Origin: Candidatus Binatia bacterium
GTDB taxonomy: Bacteria; Desulfobacterota; Binatia; UBA9968; JAJDTQ01
Assembly: GCA_963666515.2 (NCBI GenBank)
Contig: OY762897.2
Span: 192,001-256,000 of the forward strand
Direction: 5' to 3'
DNA length: 64,000 nt
Position 1 is the stretch's first letter; each line of letters starts with the position of its first letter. Under the pieces are notes generated by a model. The model worked only from the letters and a program-made list of their open reading frames with translations. It had not been told where the DNA came from and searched no databases. Below are positions 9,524-18,213 of the stretch, piece after piece. A program made the position numbers and the translations under genes.

Positions 9524-10594
9524 ATGCCGATTCTGTTGACCAACAGCGACGTGCGGGAACTGATCTCGCCGGAGACCGCGGTGGAGGTCATGCGGGAAAC
9601 CTATCGCAGCCTCGCCGAGGGCACGGCGGTCACCCGCACCCGGAGCCAGACCTTCGCCGAGACCACTCAAACCGGAACCTTCGTGGAACTGCGCACGATG
9701 GACGGCATCGTCCCCGCCTTCGGCTCGGTCGGCATGCGGATCCTGCCCGACCTGCACCGCTGGCCGCGGATCGGCGACAACCGGCGATACGACAAGGTGC
9801 CCAAGGAGAACGGCAGGTTCCTCGCCTTCGACCTGATCTTCGACCTGGATACCGCCGACCTCCAGGCGGTGGTTCAGGACGCCTATCTCCAGAAGCTGCG
9901 CATCGCCGGCACCCACGGGGTGGCCGCCGACTATCTGGCCCCCGCAGACGCCGCGCGCGTCGGCGTCATCGGATCGGGGTGGCTGGCCGAGGGCGTGCTC
10001 ATGGGCCTCGGCGTGGTCCGGGCGCTGAAGTCCGTGAAGGTGTTCAGCCCCAATTCCGCCAACCGGGAGCGGTTCGCCAGGAACGCGCGCGAAAATCTCC
10101 ACCTCGATGCCGCCGCGGTCGATGATCCCGTGGCGGCCACCCGGGACGTGGACGTCATCGTCGTCTGCACCAACACCATCGACCCCGTGTTCGTCGGCGA
10201 ATGGCTTGTCCCGGGCGTGCATCTCGACGCCATCTCGGGGCGGGACATCGACGAGGCGTGTTTCGCGCGCGCCGACTACACGGTGCTGAGCATGCGCGAA
10301 GGGCGCTGCAACGAGGGGCTCAACTTCGCGCCGCCGGTGCTGCGCGAGGCGCTGGCGCCGCGTTTCGCGCCTTTCGAAAAGAACGTCCCGTGGGACGAGT
10401 ACGCCGAGCTGGGGGAGGTGATCTCCGGACAGGCGCGCTCGCGAGCGAACGATCAGGAGATCACGTTCTTCTGCAACAACGTGGGCTTTGGCGCCCAGTT
10501 CGCGGCGTTGGGAGGCAAGGCCGTGGTCCTGGCGCGAGAACGCGGGTTGGGCAAGGAGTTCTCCATCGACGACTGGTACGAGGACGAGCGGTAG
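9524..10594 (+). CDS. Ornithine cyclodeaminase/mu-crystallin family protein (atypical)
   Basis: LLTNSDV N-terminus, IGSGWLA Rossmann loop, VFSPNSANRERF, WLVPGVH, ELGEVISG; SD GGAGG. Confidence 0.85.
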   Translation: MPILLTNSDVRELISPETAVEVMRETYRSLAEGTAVTRTRSQTFAETTQTGTFVELRTMDGIVPAFGSVGMRILPDLHRWPRIGDNRRYDKVPKENGRFLAFDLIFDLDTADLQAVVQDAYLQKLRIAGTHGVAADYLAPADAARVGVIGSGWLAEGVLMGLGVVRALKSVKVFSPNSANRERFARNARENLHLDAAAVDDPVAATRDVDVIVVCTNTIDPVFVGEWLVPGVHLDAISGRDIDEACFARADYTVLSMREGRCNEGLNFAPPVLREALAPRFAPFEKNVPWDEYAELGEVISGQARSRANDQEITFFCNNVGFGAQFAALGGKAVVLARERGLGKEFSIDDWYEDER

Positions 10595-10677
10595 TATGGG
10601 CTGGCGCCGCGCCCGCGATTGCTTGAGGTAGGAAAGCGGACGCACTATATTGCTGGGATGGATGGACGGAGGCTCCT

Positions 10678-10878
10678 ATGAGCACGATGAACAGCGAGGT
10701 CTACGATGCGCTCATTGACGCCGGTGCCGACAAGAACAAGGCGCGTGAAGCAGCGAAGTCCGTTGCTCAGTACGACAACGACATCGCCGAGATCAAGGCG
10801 AGCCTGCTTGTGCTCAAATGGATGGCTGGCTTCATCCTGGCATTCGTGGTGGCACTGACTTGGCGGGTGTTCCAATAG
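10678..10878 (+). CDS. Small coiled-coil protein with C-terminal TM anchor (DUF1640/CCDC90-like)
   Basis: EVYDALIDAGA..KAREAA, heptad stalk, LKWMAG plus hydrophobic tail; SD GGAGG. Confidence 0.7.
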   Translation: MSTMNSEVYDALIDAGADKNKAREAAKSVAQYDNDIAEIKASLLVLKWMAGFILAFVVALTWRVFQ

Positions 10879-10979
10879 CAGACTGCTTGTGACCGATTCG
10901 CCGCCCCTTGCTCCCACGGGCAAGGACACCTCCTACGCATAGTTTAGGTGTTCACCAAATCGGGTCGACTCCACCATCC

Positions 10980-12062
10980 CTACGGGTGCACGTCCTGGGT
11001 GAACCATTCCGTGGGCAGGGTGCGGCCGACACCCTTGGCTACGGCCTCGCGGTAGACCCGTTGCGCCACCGCGGCGAACTGGAGGCCTTGGCCGACGTTG
11101 TTGACGAAGGCGGTGGTCTGGTCGGGGGATTGCCGTCCCTCGGCGGCGCCGATGATGGCCTGCGGCAACTCCTGGATGCGGTCCCACAGCGGCGTGGTGC
11201 GCTCGGACCACCAGCCGCCGGCGCCTTCCGGCGTCTCCACGGCCGGGGTGCGGTAGACCTGCGGGCGGATGTTGGCGGGGTTCCTGGAGAACAGGAACAC
11301 GCGGTCCACCGCGTCGAGAAAGTCGTAGTCCATCTCCTGCACCTTGACGGCGCTGTAGTGGACGCCGGGGCGCAGCCACTCGCGCCGGTGCACCGGTTCC
11401 ATGGAGTTGGTGCCGGTGACGATCATGTCGGCCCCCTCCACGGCCGCGTCCGCGGACTCCACCGGGGTGAGCCGGGCTTCGACCCGCGGCGCCAGCTCCC
11501 GGCAGAAGCGCTCCCGGTTGGCGGGGTTGGGACTGAACACCCGGACCTCGGTGATGGGCCGCACCGCGCAGTGGGCCATCAACTGCCCGCCGGCCTGCCA
11601 CCCGGTCCCCAGCAGCGCCATGACCGCGGCGTCCTCCCGCGCCAGATAGCGGGCCGCCAGTCCGTTGGCCGCGCCCACGCGGATGCGCGAGATGTAGCCG
11701 TCCGGGCAGATCATCACCGGCGCGCCGGTCTCCATGCTGAACAGCAGCATGAGCCCGTTCCAGCGGCCGTCGGCGGAGGGCAGCCGGTCGCGCCGGACGT
11801 TGCCCGCCACTTCCGGCCAGATCAGCACGTCGCTGTTGATGCGCAACGCGGCCATGCCCTCGTCCGGCCAGAGCCCGCTCATGGCCTTGAGGCTGTACAC
11901 GCCCTTGGTCTCCCCCACGGCGGTGGGCGCCAGCGTGTCCACCCGCGGGCTGTTGACCGCTTCCTGGGCCTCCAGCGACCGTTGTGATCGCTCGACGCAG
12001 TCCAGCGCCATCTCCATGGTCAGTATCCCGTCGATTTCTTCATTGCTCAGCAGCAGTGTCAT
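10980..12062 (-). CDS. Ornithine cyclodeaminase/mu-crystallin family protein (atypical)
   Basis: LLLSNEEI, RIRVGAANG, LGTGWQA, VFSPNPANRERF, NNVGQGLQFAA. Confidence 0.87.
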   Translation of the reverse strand: MTLLLSNEEIDGILTMEMALDCVERSQRSLEAQEAVNSPRVDTLAPTAVGETKGVYSLKAMSGLWPDEGMAALRINSDVLIWPEVAGNVRRDRLPSADGRWNGLMLLFSMETGAPVMICPDGYISRIRVGAANGLAARYLAREDAAVMALLGTGWQAGGQLMAHCAVRPITEVRVFSPNPANRERFCRELAPRVEARLTPVESADAAVEGADMIVTGTNSMEPVHRREWLRPGVHYSAVKVQEMDYDFLDAVDRVFLFSRNPANIRPQVYRTPAVETPEGAGGWWSERTTPLWDRIQELPQAIIGAAEGRQSPDQTTAFVNNVGQGLQFAAVAQRVYREAVAKGVGRTLPTEWFTQDVHP

Positions 12063-12103
12063 CGGAGAACCTCTCGAAACGACGGGGCCGGACTCGGACC
12101 GTG

Positions 12104-12132
12104 TTGACGCACCCCGTATTTTCGGCCATAGT
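12104..12132 (+). promoter_or_regulatory. Putative sigma70 promoter of tRNA-Phe
   Basis: TTGACG-N17-CATAGT, 10 nt upstream of the tRNA. Confidence 0.45.
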
Positions 12133-12142
12133 TTTTACCTCT

Positions 12143-12215
<73 letters not shown>

Positions 12216-12240
12216 CTTCCCCAACCCTTTCACCGGCGGC

Positions 12241-12567
12241 CTACAGCCGCGCCTCCAGGTCCTTGAACTGCTTGTTCAGGGCGTCCACTTCTTCCTTGGC
12301 CTGCTTCCGGTATTCGAGGATCCGGCTCAGTTCCTCGAGGGTCGGCAGCGTCACCTGCCTGTGCGGGATGCCGCTGTGAGGGCGGTTGTGGACATGGTAG
12401 GTGCCGTCGTCGTCGAAGTGGCCGGTCTCCTTCCCGCTCAGCAGGCTGACGGCCAGGTTGAGGTTGTTGATCATCTTCTTGATCTCACTATCCATGACCG
12501 AGAGGCGTTGTTTGGCCGCCAGGAGACGCAGGTAGTCCGCGCCGATCTTTTCTTCGACTTCGCCCAT
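12241..12567 (-). CDS. Hypothetical protein (108 aa, coiled-coil ends)
   Basis: ATG with SD GGAGGAGG; non-shadow composition; no family recognised. Confidence 0.65.
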   Translation of the reverse strand: MGEVEEKIGADYLRLLAAKQRLSVMDSEIKKMINNLNLAVSLLSGKETGHFDDDGTYHVHNRPHSGIPHRQVTLPTLEELSRILEYRKQAKEEVDALNKQFKDLEARL

Positions 12568-12733
12568 GGTGACCTCCTCCCGCGCCCCTATGCCACGAAC
12601 TCGATTATTCCTTATGCGCTCCTACCGATACCCCGAAACGCGGTCCCGGAGCAAATCCGCCGCGTTGTTCCGGGCGCGCGCGGCGTTCTTTCCGGATGTC
12701 CCTTCCAGCGGTCCCAGCAAGAGAAATAAGTCC

Positions 12734-12763
12734 TTGACAGCTTTCCGGCAACGATACTAGTCT
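12734..12763 (+). promoter_or_regulatory. Putative sigma70 promoter of TRAP operon 1
   Basis: TTGACA-N18-TAGTCT. Confidence 0.55.
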
Positions 12764-12850
12764 GGCCCGGCGTCCGACAGGGACCCTACGAATCTACGGG
12801 ACGAGGGGCAGGTCCGAACCCGACGAACCGACGCAAGGGAGGATGAATCC

Positions 12851-13840
12851 ATGAGAAGGGCACTTGGCTGTATCGTTGTATTCTTCACTCTGGGTATTTT
12901 TGTCGTGACGGCCGCTCCGGCGGCCGACTTGGTGCTCAAGGGCGCCACCGCCTGGAAGAAGGACTACGTCTTCAATGCCGGATACTGGGAGTTCTCGCGC
13001 CAAGTCGAAAAACGGTCCGGCGGCAAGATCAAGGTGGAGTGGAAGGGCGGTCCCGAGATCTCGTCACCCTTCGAGATGCTCGGTCTCGTGCAACGTGGGG
13101 TGCTGGATGTCCTGGGGGGAGCCGGCGCTTATGATTCCGCCAAGATACCGGAGGGAGTCTTCCTGGAGTACTTTGTCGGGAGCACCAGTGACTTGCGCAA
13201 AGCCGGCGTTACCAAGTTCTTCGACGAAGTGACCCAGAAACGGGCCGGAGTGAAGCTCCTCGGGCTCAGCTCCGGGCCGGTGGAGTTCGCCATCTTCACC
13301 AAGACGCCGGTGACCAGCATCGGCCAATTCAAGGGCATGAAGATGCGCAGCACGCCCACGTATCTGCCCCTGGGCCAGGCCCTCGGGGCCACCATGATCC
13401 AGGTGCCGTGGCCCGACGTCTACAACGCCCTGGAGCGGGGGGTCGTGGACGGATACTTCGCTCCGGTCATCGGCACCCTGTCGACGAAGCTCTACGAGCA
13501 GGTCTGCTGCATGCTCAAGCCGCACTTCTGGACCGTGCGCACGTGGATGTACATCAGCCTGGACAAGTGGAACAAGCTCACGCCGGAGCAGCAGAAGGTC
13601 CTGACGGACTCCATGATCGCAGTCGAGCAATGGACGCCGGGCTTCTACAATGACTACATCGGCAAGGAGATCGATACGCTGGTGAACAAGCACGGCCTCA
13701 AGATCCATGAGCTCAAGGGCGACGAGGCCAAGCGCTTCCGCACCATGGCCTACGAGTCGTCGTGGAAGAAGTACCTGCCCAACTCGCCGGAATACGGCAA
13801 GCAGATCCGGGAAATGGCGCGGAAGCTCGAGGACCGTTGA
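12851..13840 (+). CDS. dctP: TRAP transporter substrate-binding protein
   Basis: Signal peptide, SGGKIKV, FKGMKMRS, DVYNALERGVVDG, KWNKLTPEQQ. Confidence 0.92.
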   Translation: MRRALGCIVVFFTLGIFVVTAAPAADLVLKGATAWKKDYVFNAGYWEFSRQVEKRSGGKIKVEWKGGPEISSPFEMLGLVQRGVLDVLGGAGAYDSAKIPEGVFLEYFVGSTSDLRKAGVTKFFDEVTQKRAGVKLLGLSSGPVEFAIFTKTPVTSIGQFKGMKMRSTPTYLPLGQALGATMIQVPWPDVYNALERGVVDGYFAPVIGTLSTKLYEQVCCMLKPHFWTVRTWMYISLDKWNKLTPEQQKVLTDSMIAVEQWTPGFYNDYIGKEIDTLVNKHGLKIHELKGDEAKRFRTMAYESSWKKYLPNSPEYGKQIREMARKLEDR

Positions 13841-13895
13841 CGTCCCGGATGAGGCGCCTCTTCACGGCGAAGGCCCTCACGCACTGAACCACCCG

Positions 13896-13928
13896 CCGGG
13901 CTGTCCGCGCGCGCCGCGGACGGCCCGG
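13896..13928 (+). other. Hairpin between dctP and dctQ
   Basis: CCGGGCTGTCCGCG-CGCGC-CGCGGACGGCCCGG, 14-bp stem with one G-U pair. Confidence 0.5.
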
Positions 13929-13951
13929 ACAGGGGATAGCCGAATCTCATC

Positions 13952-14500
13952 ATGTCGCAACTCGGGCAGACTCTGGAGCGAGCCTGGGACTCGCTGCTGA
14001 ACGGCCTCGCCTATTTTGCGGGGCTGCTGGTGGTCACGGTAACCTTCTCCGTGCTCTACGAGATAGTGGCGCGTTACTTCTTCAACAGCCCGACCATCTG
14101 GGCGGTGGATCTGACCGAATACTCGCTGGTCTACATCACATTCCTCGGCACCCCCTGGGTGCTGCGCGACCATGCGCACACGCGCGTGGAGCTGGTGGTG
14201 GAAAGGCTCCGGCCCAGGGTGCGCGTGACCCTGGGCGTCGTGGTGTCGCTGGTGGCGGCAACGGGCGCGCTCGTGATGGCGTGGGAAGGCCTTTGGGAGA
14301 CCTGGGAGTCCTACCTGGGCGGCCATGCGGAACTCAAGGCGTGGCGGGTGTACCGCTGGCCGCTCATTCTTCCCATCTGCGTCGGCAGCACCATGCTGGT
14401 CATCGAGTTCCTGCGCCAGGCGTGGCACAACGTCGGGATGCTGCGCCGGGGCGACCCGATCCCGGACGAATCGGGCCCCGTGGGCCAGGATTCCCTCTGA
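13952..14500 (+). CDS. dctQ: TRAP transporter small permease
   Basis: RYFFNSPTIWAVDLTEY..FLG..H.RVE; 4 TM. Confidence 0.9.
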   Translation: MSQLGQTLERAWDSLLNGLAYFAGLLVVTVTFSVLYEIVARYFFNSPTIWAVDLTEYSLVYITFLGTPWVLRDHAHTRVELVVERLRPRVRVTLGVVVSLVAATGALVMAWEGLWETWESYLGGHAELKAWRVYRWPLILPICVGSTMLVIEFLRQAWHNVGMLRRGDPIPDESGPVGQDSL

Positions 14501-14507
14501 GCACGAG

Positions 14508-15818
14508 ATGGAGTGGTACGAAGTACTGATCCTGATGCTCGCCGTGCTGATGGTCCTTTTCGTGGCCGGCACGCCGGTGGCGTTCGCCTTCCTCCTGATC
14601 AACATCGGCGGGCTCTTCCTGTTCATGGGCGGGTTGCCGGCGCTGCGGCTCATGGTCACCAGCGCCTTCGCGACGCTGGCGAGCTTCGTGCTGGCCCCGG
14701 TGCTGCTCTTCATCTTGATGGGCGAGATCATGTTCCGATCAGGGCTCGCGGTGCGTACCCTGGACGCCCTGGACAAGTGGATCGGCGGCATACCCGGGCG
14801 GTTGAGCCTCCTGGCGGTGAGCGGCGGCACCCTGTTCTCCACCCTCAGCGGCTCCAGCATGGCCACGACCGCCATGCTGGGAACGACGCTGGTGCCGGAG
14901 ATGCGTCGTCGCGGTTACAGCTACCTGATGTCCGTGGGCCCCATCTCGGCGGCCGGCGGGCTGGCCGCCATCGTCCCGCCCACGGCCATGGGCGTCCTGC
15001 TCGGCAGCCTCGCCGAGATCTCCATCGCCAAGCTGTTGATCGCCGGCATTGGCCCAGGCCTGTTCATGGCCGGCCTCTACGCCGTCTACATCGTCGTCCG
15101 GGCCAAGCTGCGTCCGGAGTCGGCGCCCACCTATGACGTCGCGCACGTGTCCACCCGCGAGAAGGTCGTCAGCCTGCTGCACCTGGCGCCCCTGAGCCTC
15201 ATCGTGTTCATGGTCCTGGGAGTCATCTTCATCGGCGTGGCGACGCCCACGGAGGCGGCGGCCCTGGGAGCGCTGAGCACTGCCCTGGTGGCGGCCATGT
15301 ACCGCAGCCTGACCTTCAAGGTCATCGCGCAGTCGGTGATGAGCACCGTGCGCGTGTCGGTAGTGGTGCTCATGATCATCCTGGCGTCCAATGCCTTCAG
15401 CCAGGTGCTGGCGTTCACCGGAGCCAGCCGGGGACTGGTGGAGATGGTGGCGGGATTCCAGGCGCCGCCGGTGGTCATCCTGGTGCTCATGATGGTGATC
15501 GTGCTGGTGCTGGGCATGTTCGTGGACCAGATCTCCATCATGATGATCACGGTGCCCATCTACTTCCCGCTGGCCGCTCAGCTTGGCTTCGACCCTATCT
15601 GGTTCGGCATCCTGATGCTGCTGAACATGGAGGTGGCCAACACCACGCCCCCCTTCGGCCTTCAGTTGTTTGTCCTCAAGGGGGTCGTCCCGGACGCTCC
15701 CATGATAGAGATATACAAGAGCTGCTTTCCCTTCGTGTTGCTCGACATGTTGAATCTGGCGGTCATGATCGTCTTCCCCGCCCTGGTGCTGACCCTGCCC
15801 CGGCTCATGCTGAGTTGA
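14508..15818 (+). CDS. dctM: TRAP transporter large permease
   Basis: FILMGE, LSGSSMAT, IVPP, ATPTEAAA, DPIWFG, TPPFG. Confidence 0.93.
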   Translation: MEWYEVLILMLAVLMVLFVAGTPVAFAFLLINIGGLFLFMGGLPALRLMVTSAFATLASFVLAPVLLFILMGEIMFRSGLAVRTLDALDKWIGGIPGRLSLLAVSGGTLFSTLSGSSMATTAMLGTTLVPEMRRRGYSYLMSVGPISAAGGLAAIVPPTAMGVLLGSLAEISIAKLLIAGIGPGLFMAGLYAVYIVVRAKLRPESAPTYDVAHVSTREKVVSLLHLAPLSLIVFMVLGVIFIGVATPTEAAALGALSTALVAAMYRSLTFKVIAQSVMSTVRVSVVVLMIILASNAFSQVLAFTGASRGLVEMVAGFQAPPVVILVLMMVIVLVLGMFVDQISIMMITVPIYFPLAAQLGFDPIWFGILMLLNMEVANTTPPFGLQLFVLKGVVPDAPMIEIYKSCFPFVLLDMLNLAVMIVFPALVLTLPRLMLS

Positions 15819-15863
15819 CACCCGCGCGCGGGTGGAACAAGTTTGCATGGCAGGGCACCACCG

Positions 15864-17009
15864 ATGTCATCCAGGAATCATCCCATGCTGGAGGCGGCCA
15901 GGTCGCTGGCTCCGCAAATCCGGGCCTGCGCGGACCGGATCGAGGCGGAGCGCGAGCTGCCTCGGGAACTGTTCGACACGCTGGCGGATGCCGGCCTCTT
16001 CAAGCTCGGACTGCCGCGGTCCCTGGAAGGGGTCGAGATCGACCTGCCGTCCTATGTCGACGTGCTGGAGGAGCTGGGCAAGGCCGATGCCAGCACCGCG
16101 TGGCTGGTGAACCAGTGCTCGATCTTCGCCACTTACGCGGCGCGCATGGCGCCGGATGTGGCACGGGAAATCTGGACCGATACCCCGCGCTGCGTGGTGG
16201 CCAACACGTCCATGCCCACGGCCGAGGCCGTGCCGGCGCCGGGCGGGTACCGGGTCACCGGCCGCCACCGCTTCAGCTCGGGTTCCCTGCACGCGTCGTG
16301 GTTCGCCGCGCGCGCGTGGCTGCCGGAACCGGACGGCGAGCGGGTGCAGAAGTTCCTTTTCGTGCCGGCCGCGGAGGTGGAGGTGGTGGACATCTGGAAG
16401 GTGCGCGGCATGCGCGGCACCGGCACCAATGACTTCATCGTGGACGGCGCCTTCGTCCCCGAAGAGCGCGTTATCCGTCAGCTCGGCAGTCCGGTGCGGG
16501 AGCCGGGGCCGCTGTACAAGATCGCCCTGGTGCTCCTGTTCGCCTCGGGCGACGCCGCGCTGGCCCTGGGCGCGGCTCAGGCGTGCCTGGACGCGTTCCT
16601 GGAACTGGCCGGGGCCAAGACGCCCCACGCCATGCAGGCCATGCTGCGGGACCAGTCGCCGGTGCAGGTGGCCGTGGGGCAGATCCAGGCCTCGCTCTCG
16701 TCGAGCCGGGCCTACATCCGGGAAGCCGTGCGGGCCCTCTGGTCAGAGGCCGTGTCGCCGGACCCCCTCACCCTGGACCGGCGCCTCGGTTTGCGCCTGG
16801 CCGCCACCCACTGCATCCGCTCGGCGATCCAGGCGGTGGAGACCCTCTACAACCTCTCCGGCACCACCGCCGTCTTCGAGGGCAACGTCATCCAGCGGAT
16901 CTTCCAGGACCTCCACGTCATCAGCCAGCACCAGCAGGTGCGCCTGGCCAACTACGAGCTGGCGGGCAAGCACGTCCTGGGACTGGAGATCGAGACGACG
17001 CGGCTCTGA
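15864..17009 (+). CDS. Acyl-CoA dehydrogenase-fold flavin-dependent hydroxylase (HsaA/HpaH-like oxygenase component)
   Basis: LGKADASTAW, FSSGSLHASW, W.VRGMRGTGTND, IQRIFQDLH. Confidence 0.85.
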   Translation: MSSRNHPMLEAARSLAPQIRACADRIEAERELPRELFDTLADAGLFKLGLPRSLEGVEIDLPSYVDVLEELGKADASTAWLVNQCSIFATYAARMAPDVAREIWTDTPRCVVANTSMPTAEAVPAPGGYRVTGRHRFSSGSLHASWFAARAWLPEPDGERVQKFLFVPAAEVEVVDIWKVRGMRGTGTNDFIVDGAFVPEERVIRQLGSPVREPGPLYKIALVLLFASGDAALALGAAQACLDAFLELAGAKTPHAMQAMLRDQSPVQVAVGQIQASLSSSRAYIREAVRALWSEAVSPDPLTLDRRLGLRLAATHCIRSAIQAVETLYNLSGTTAVFEGNVIQRIFQDLHVISQHQQVRLANYELAGKHVLGLEIETTRL

Positions 17010-17041
17010 CCCTGGTGACCGGACAGGACGCCAGGCTCTCC

Positions 17042-18157
17042 CTACAAACGCCAGAGCCTTCTGGGGTTGTCGTTCAGGATCTTGCGCTTGGACTCCTCGT
17101 CGATGTCGGTGCGCTGCCGCATCACGCGCAAGGCGTCCATTTGGCTCGACCCGTCGTAGTGGCCGTAGTCGCTGCCGATGACGAGGTTGTCCGGCCCGCA
17201 GCGGTGGGTGTAGGCGAACTCGTCGTCGTTCTGGCAGGTGACGAAGATGTTGAACTCCTTGAGCACGTCGTCGGGCAGGGGCGTGCCGCGCTGCAGGCTG
17301 CGCCGCTTGGCCTCGTGGAGCATCCAGGGAAGCCACATGGAGCCAGCCTCGATGAAGGCCCAGCGGAGGTCGGGGTACTTGAGCGGTAGCTGGCTCTCGA
17401 TCAGGCCCTCGCACGAGCCCGCGGTCAACAGGCGGAACCGCATGAGGCCGAAGGCGTTGGGATCGTAGGCCGGGCGGGTGATGTCGATGATGTCCTGGTT
17501 GCCGTTGCCGATGTGGGTGGCGATGACCATGTCGAGGCGCTGGGCCTCTTCGAAGAGCGGGTGGAAGTAGGGATCGATGGGAAGCCGCCGCCCCAGGATC
17601 GGCGGGATGGCGACCCCCACCGCGCCGTGGTCGCGAGCCCAGTTGAGGAGTTCCAGGGAGGCGTCCATGCTCATCAACGGCAGCACCGAGCACCACCGCA
17701 GGCGCCCGTCCGCCCGTTCCCACATGTCCGCCACCCAGCGGTTCCAGCTCTTGCACAGCGCCAGCTCCACCTCGGGCCGGTCGGTGGTGGGCACCGTCCA
17801 CAGCGTGTGGAACAGCACCTGGGTGTCGATGCCCAGGCGGTCCATGTGCCGGAGCCGCCGCTCCACGTCGTCTTCGCGCGAGCCGATGGGGGTCACGAGG
17901 TCCCGGCCCTGCTCGCGCGACCGCTCCGCCATCTCTTCCTCGGTGAGGGTGATGAACCGGAAGCCCCGGGCCTGCCCGTTGATGATCCACCACTGGAAGT
18001 GGGGGTCGGTGGGGTGCGCCGCCAACACCGGGCGGTACTTCTCGTCCTCCGGATCCATGAACTCCCAGGTCCGCTCCGTTTCCACCACGTGGGCGTCGGA
18101 GTCGATGAGGGTGTAGTCCGCATCCGATTCGACAACCGGTCGGGCGTTGATGGCCAT
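17042..18157 (-). CDS. Amidohydrolase_2 family protein
   Basis: IDSDAHVVE, WNRW, THIG, FIEAG, IGSDYGHYD; SD GGAGGAG. Confidence 0.88.
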   Translation of the reverse strand: MAINARPVVESDADYTLIDSDAHVVETERTWEFMDPEDEKYRPVLAAHPTDPHFQWWIINGQARGFRFITLTEEEMAERSREQGRDLVTPIGSREDDVERRLRHMDRLGIDTQVLFHTLWTVPTTDRPEVELALCKSWNRWVADMWERADGRLRWCSVLPLMSMDASLELLNWARDHGAVGVAIPPILGRRLPIDPYFHPLFEEAQRLDMVIATHIGNGNQDIIDITRPAYDPNAFGLMRFRLLTAGSCEGLIESQLPLKYPDLRWAFIEAGSMWLPWMLHEAKRRSLQRGTPLPDDVLKEFNIFVTCQNDDEFAYTHRCGPDNLVIGSDYGHYDGSSQMDALRVMRQRTDIDEESKRKILNDNPRRLWRL

Positions 18158-18213
18158 GATCTCCTCCTGTCGTTGGCCGGAAGGGGAGTACGGTTTTCGG
18201 GAGTACGGTTTCG

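Noticed and set aside
10645-10929. Antisense ORF over the small coiled-coil gene, considered as a type I TA partner
   Set aside because: No hydrophobic toxin character or family; the plus-strand gene explains the sequence.
18184-18211. Short direct repeat GGGAGTACGGTTT x2 (also CGCCGGAAA x2 near 19970)
   Set aside because: Too short and isolated; most likely slippage duplications.
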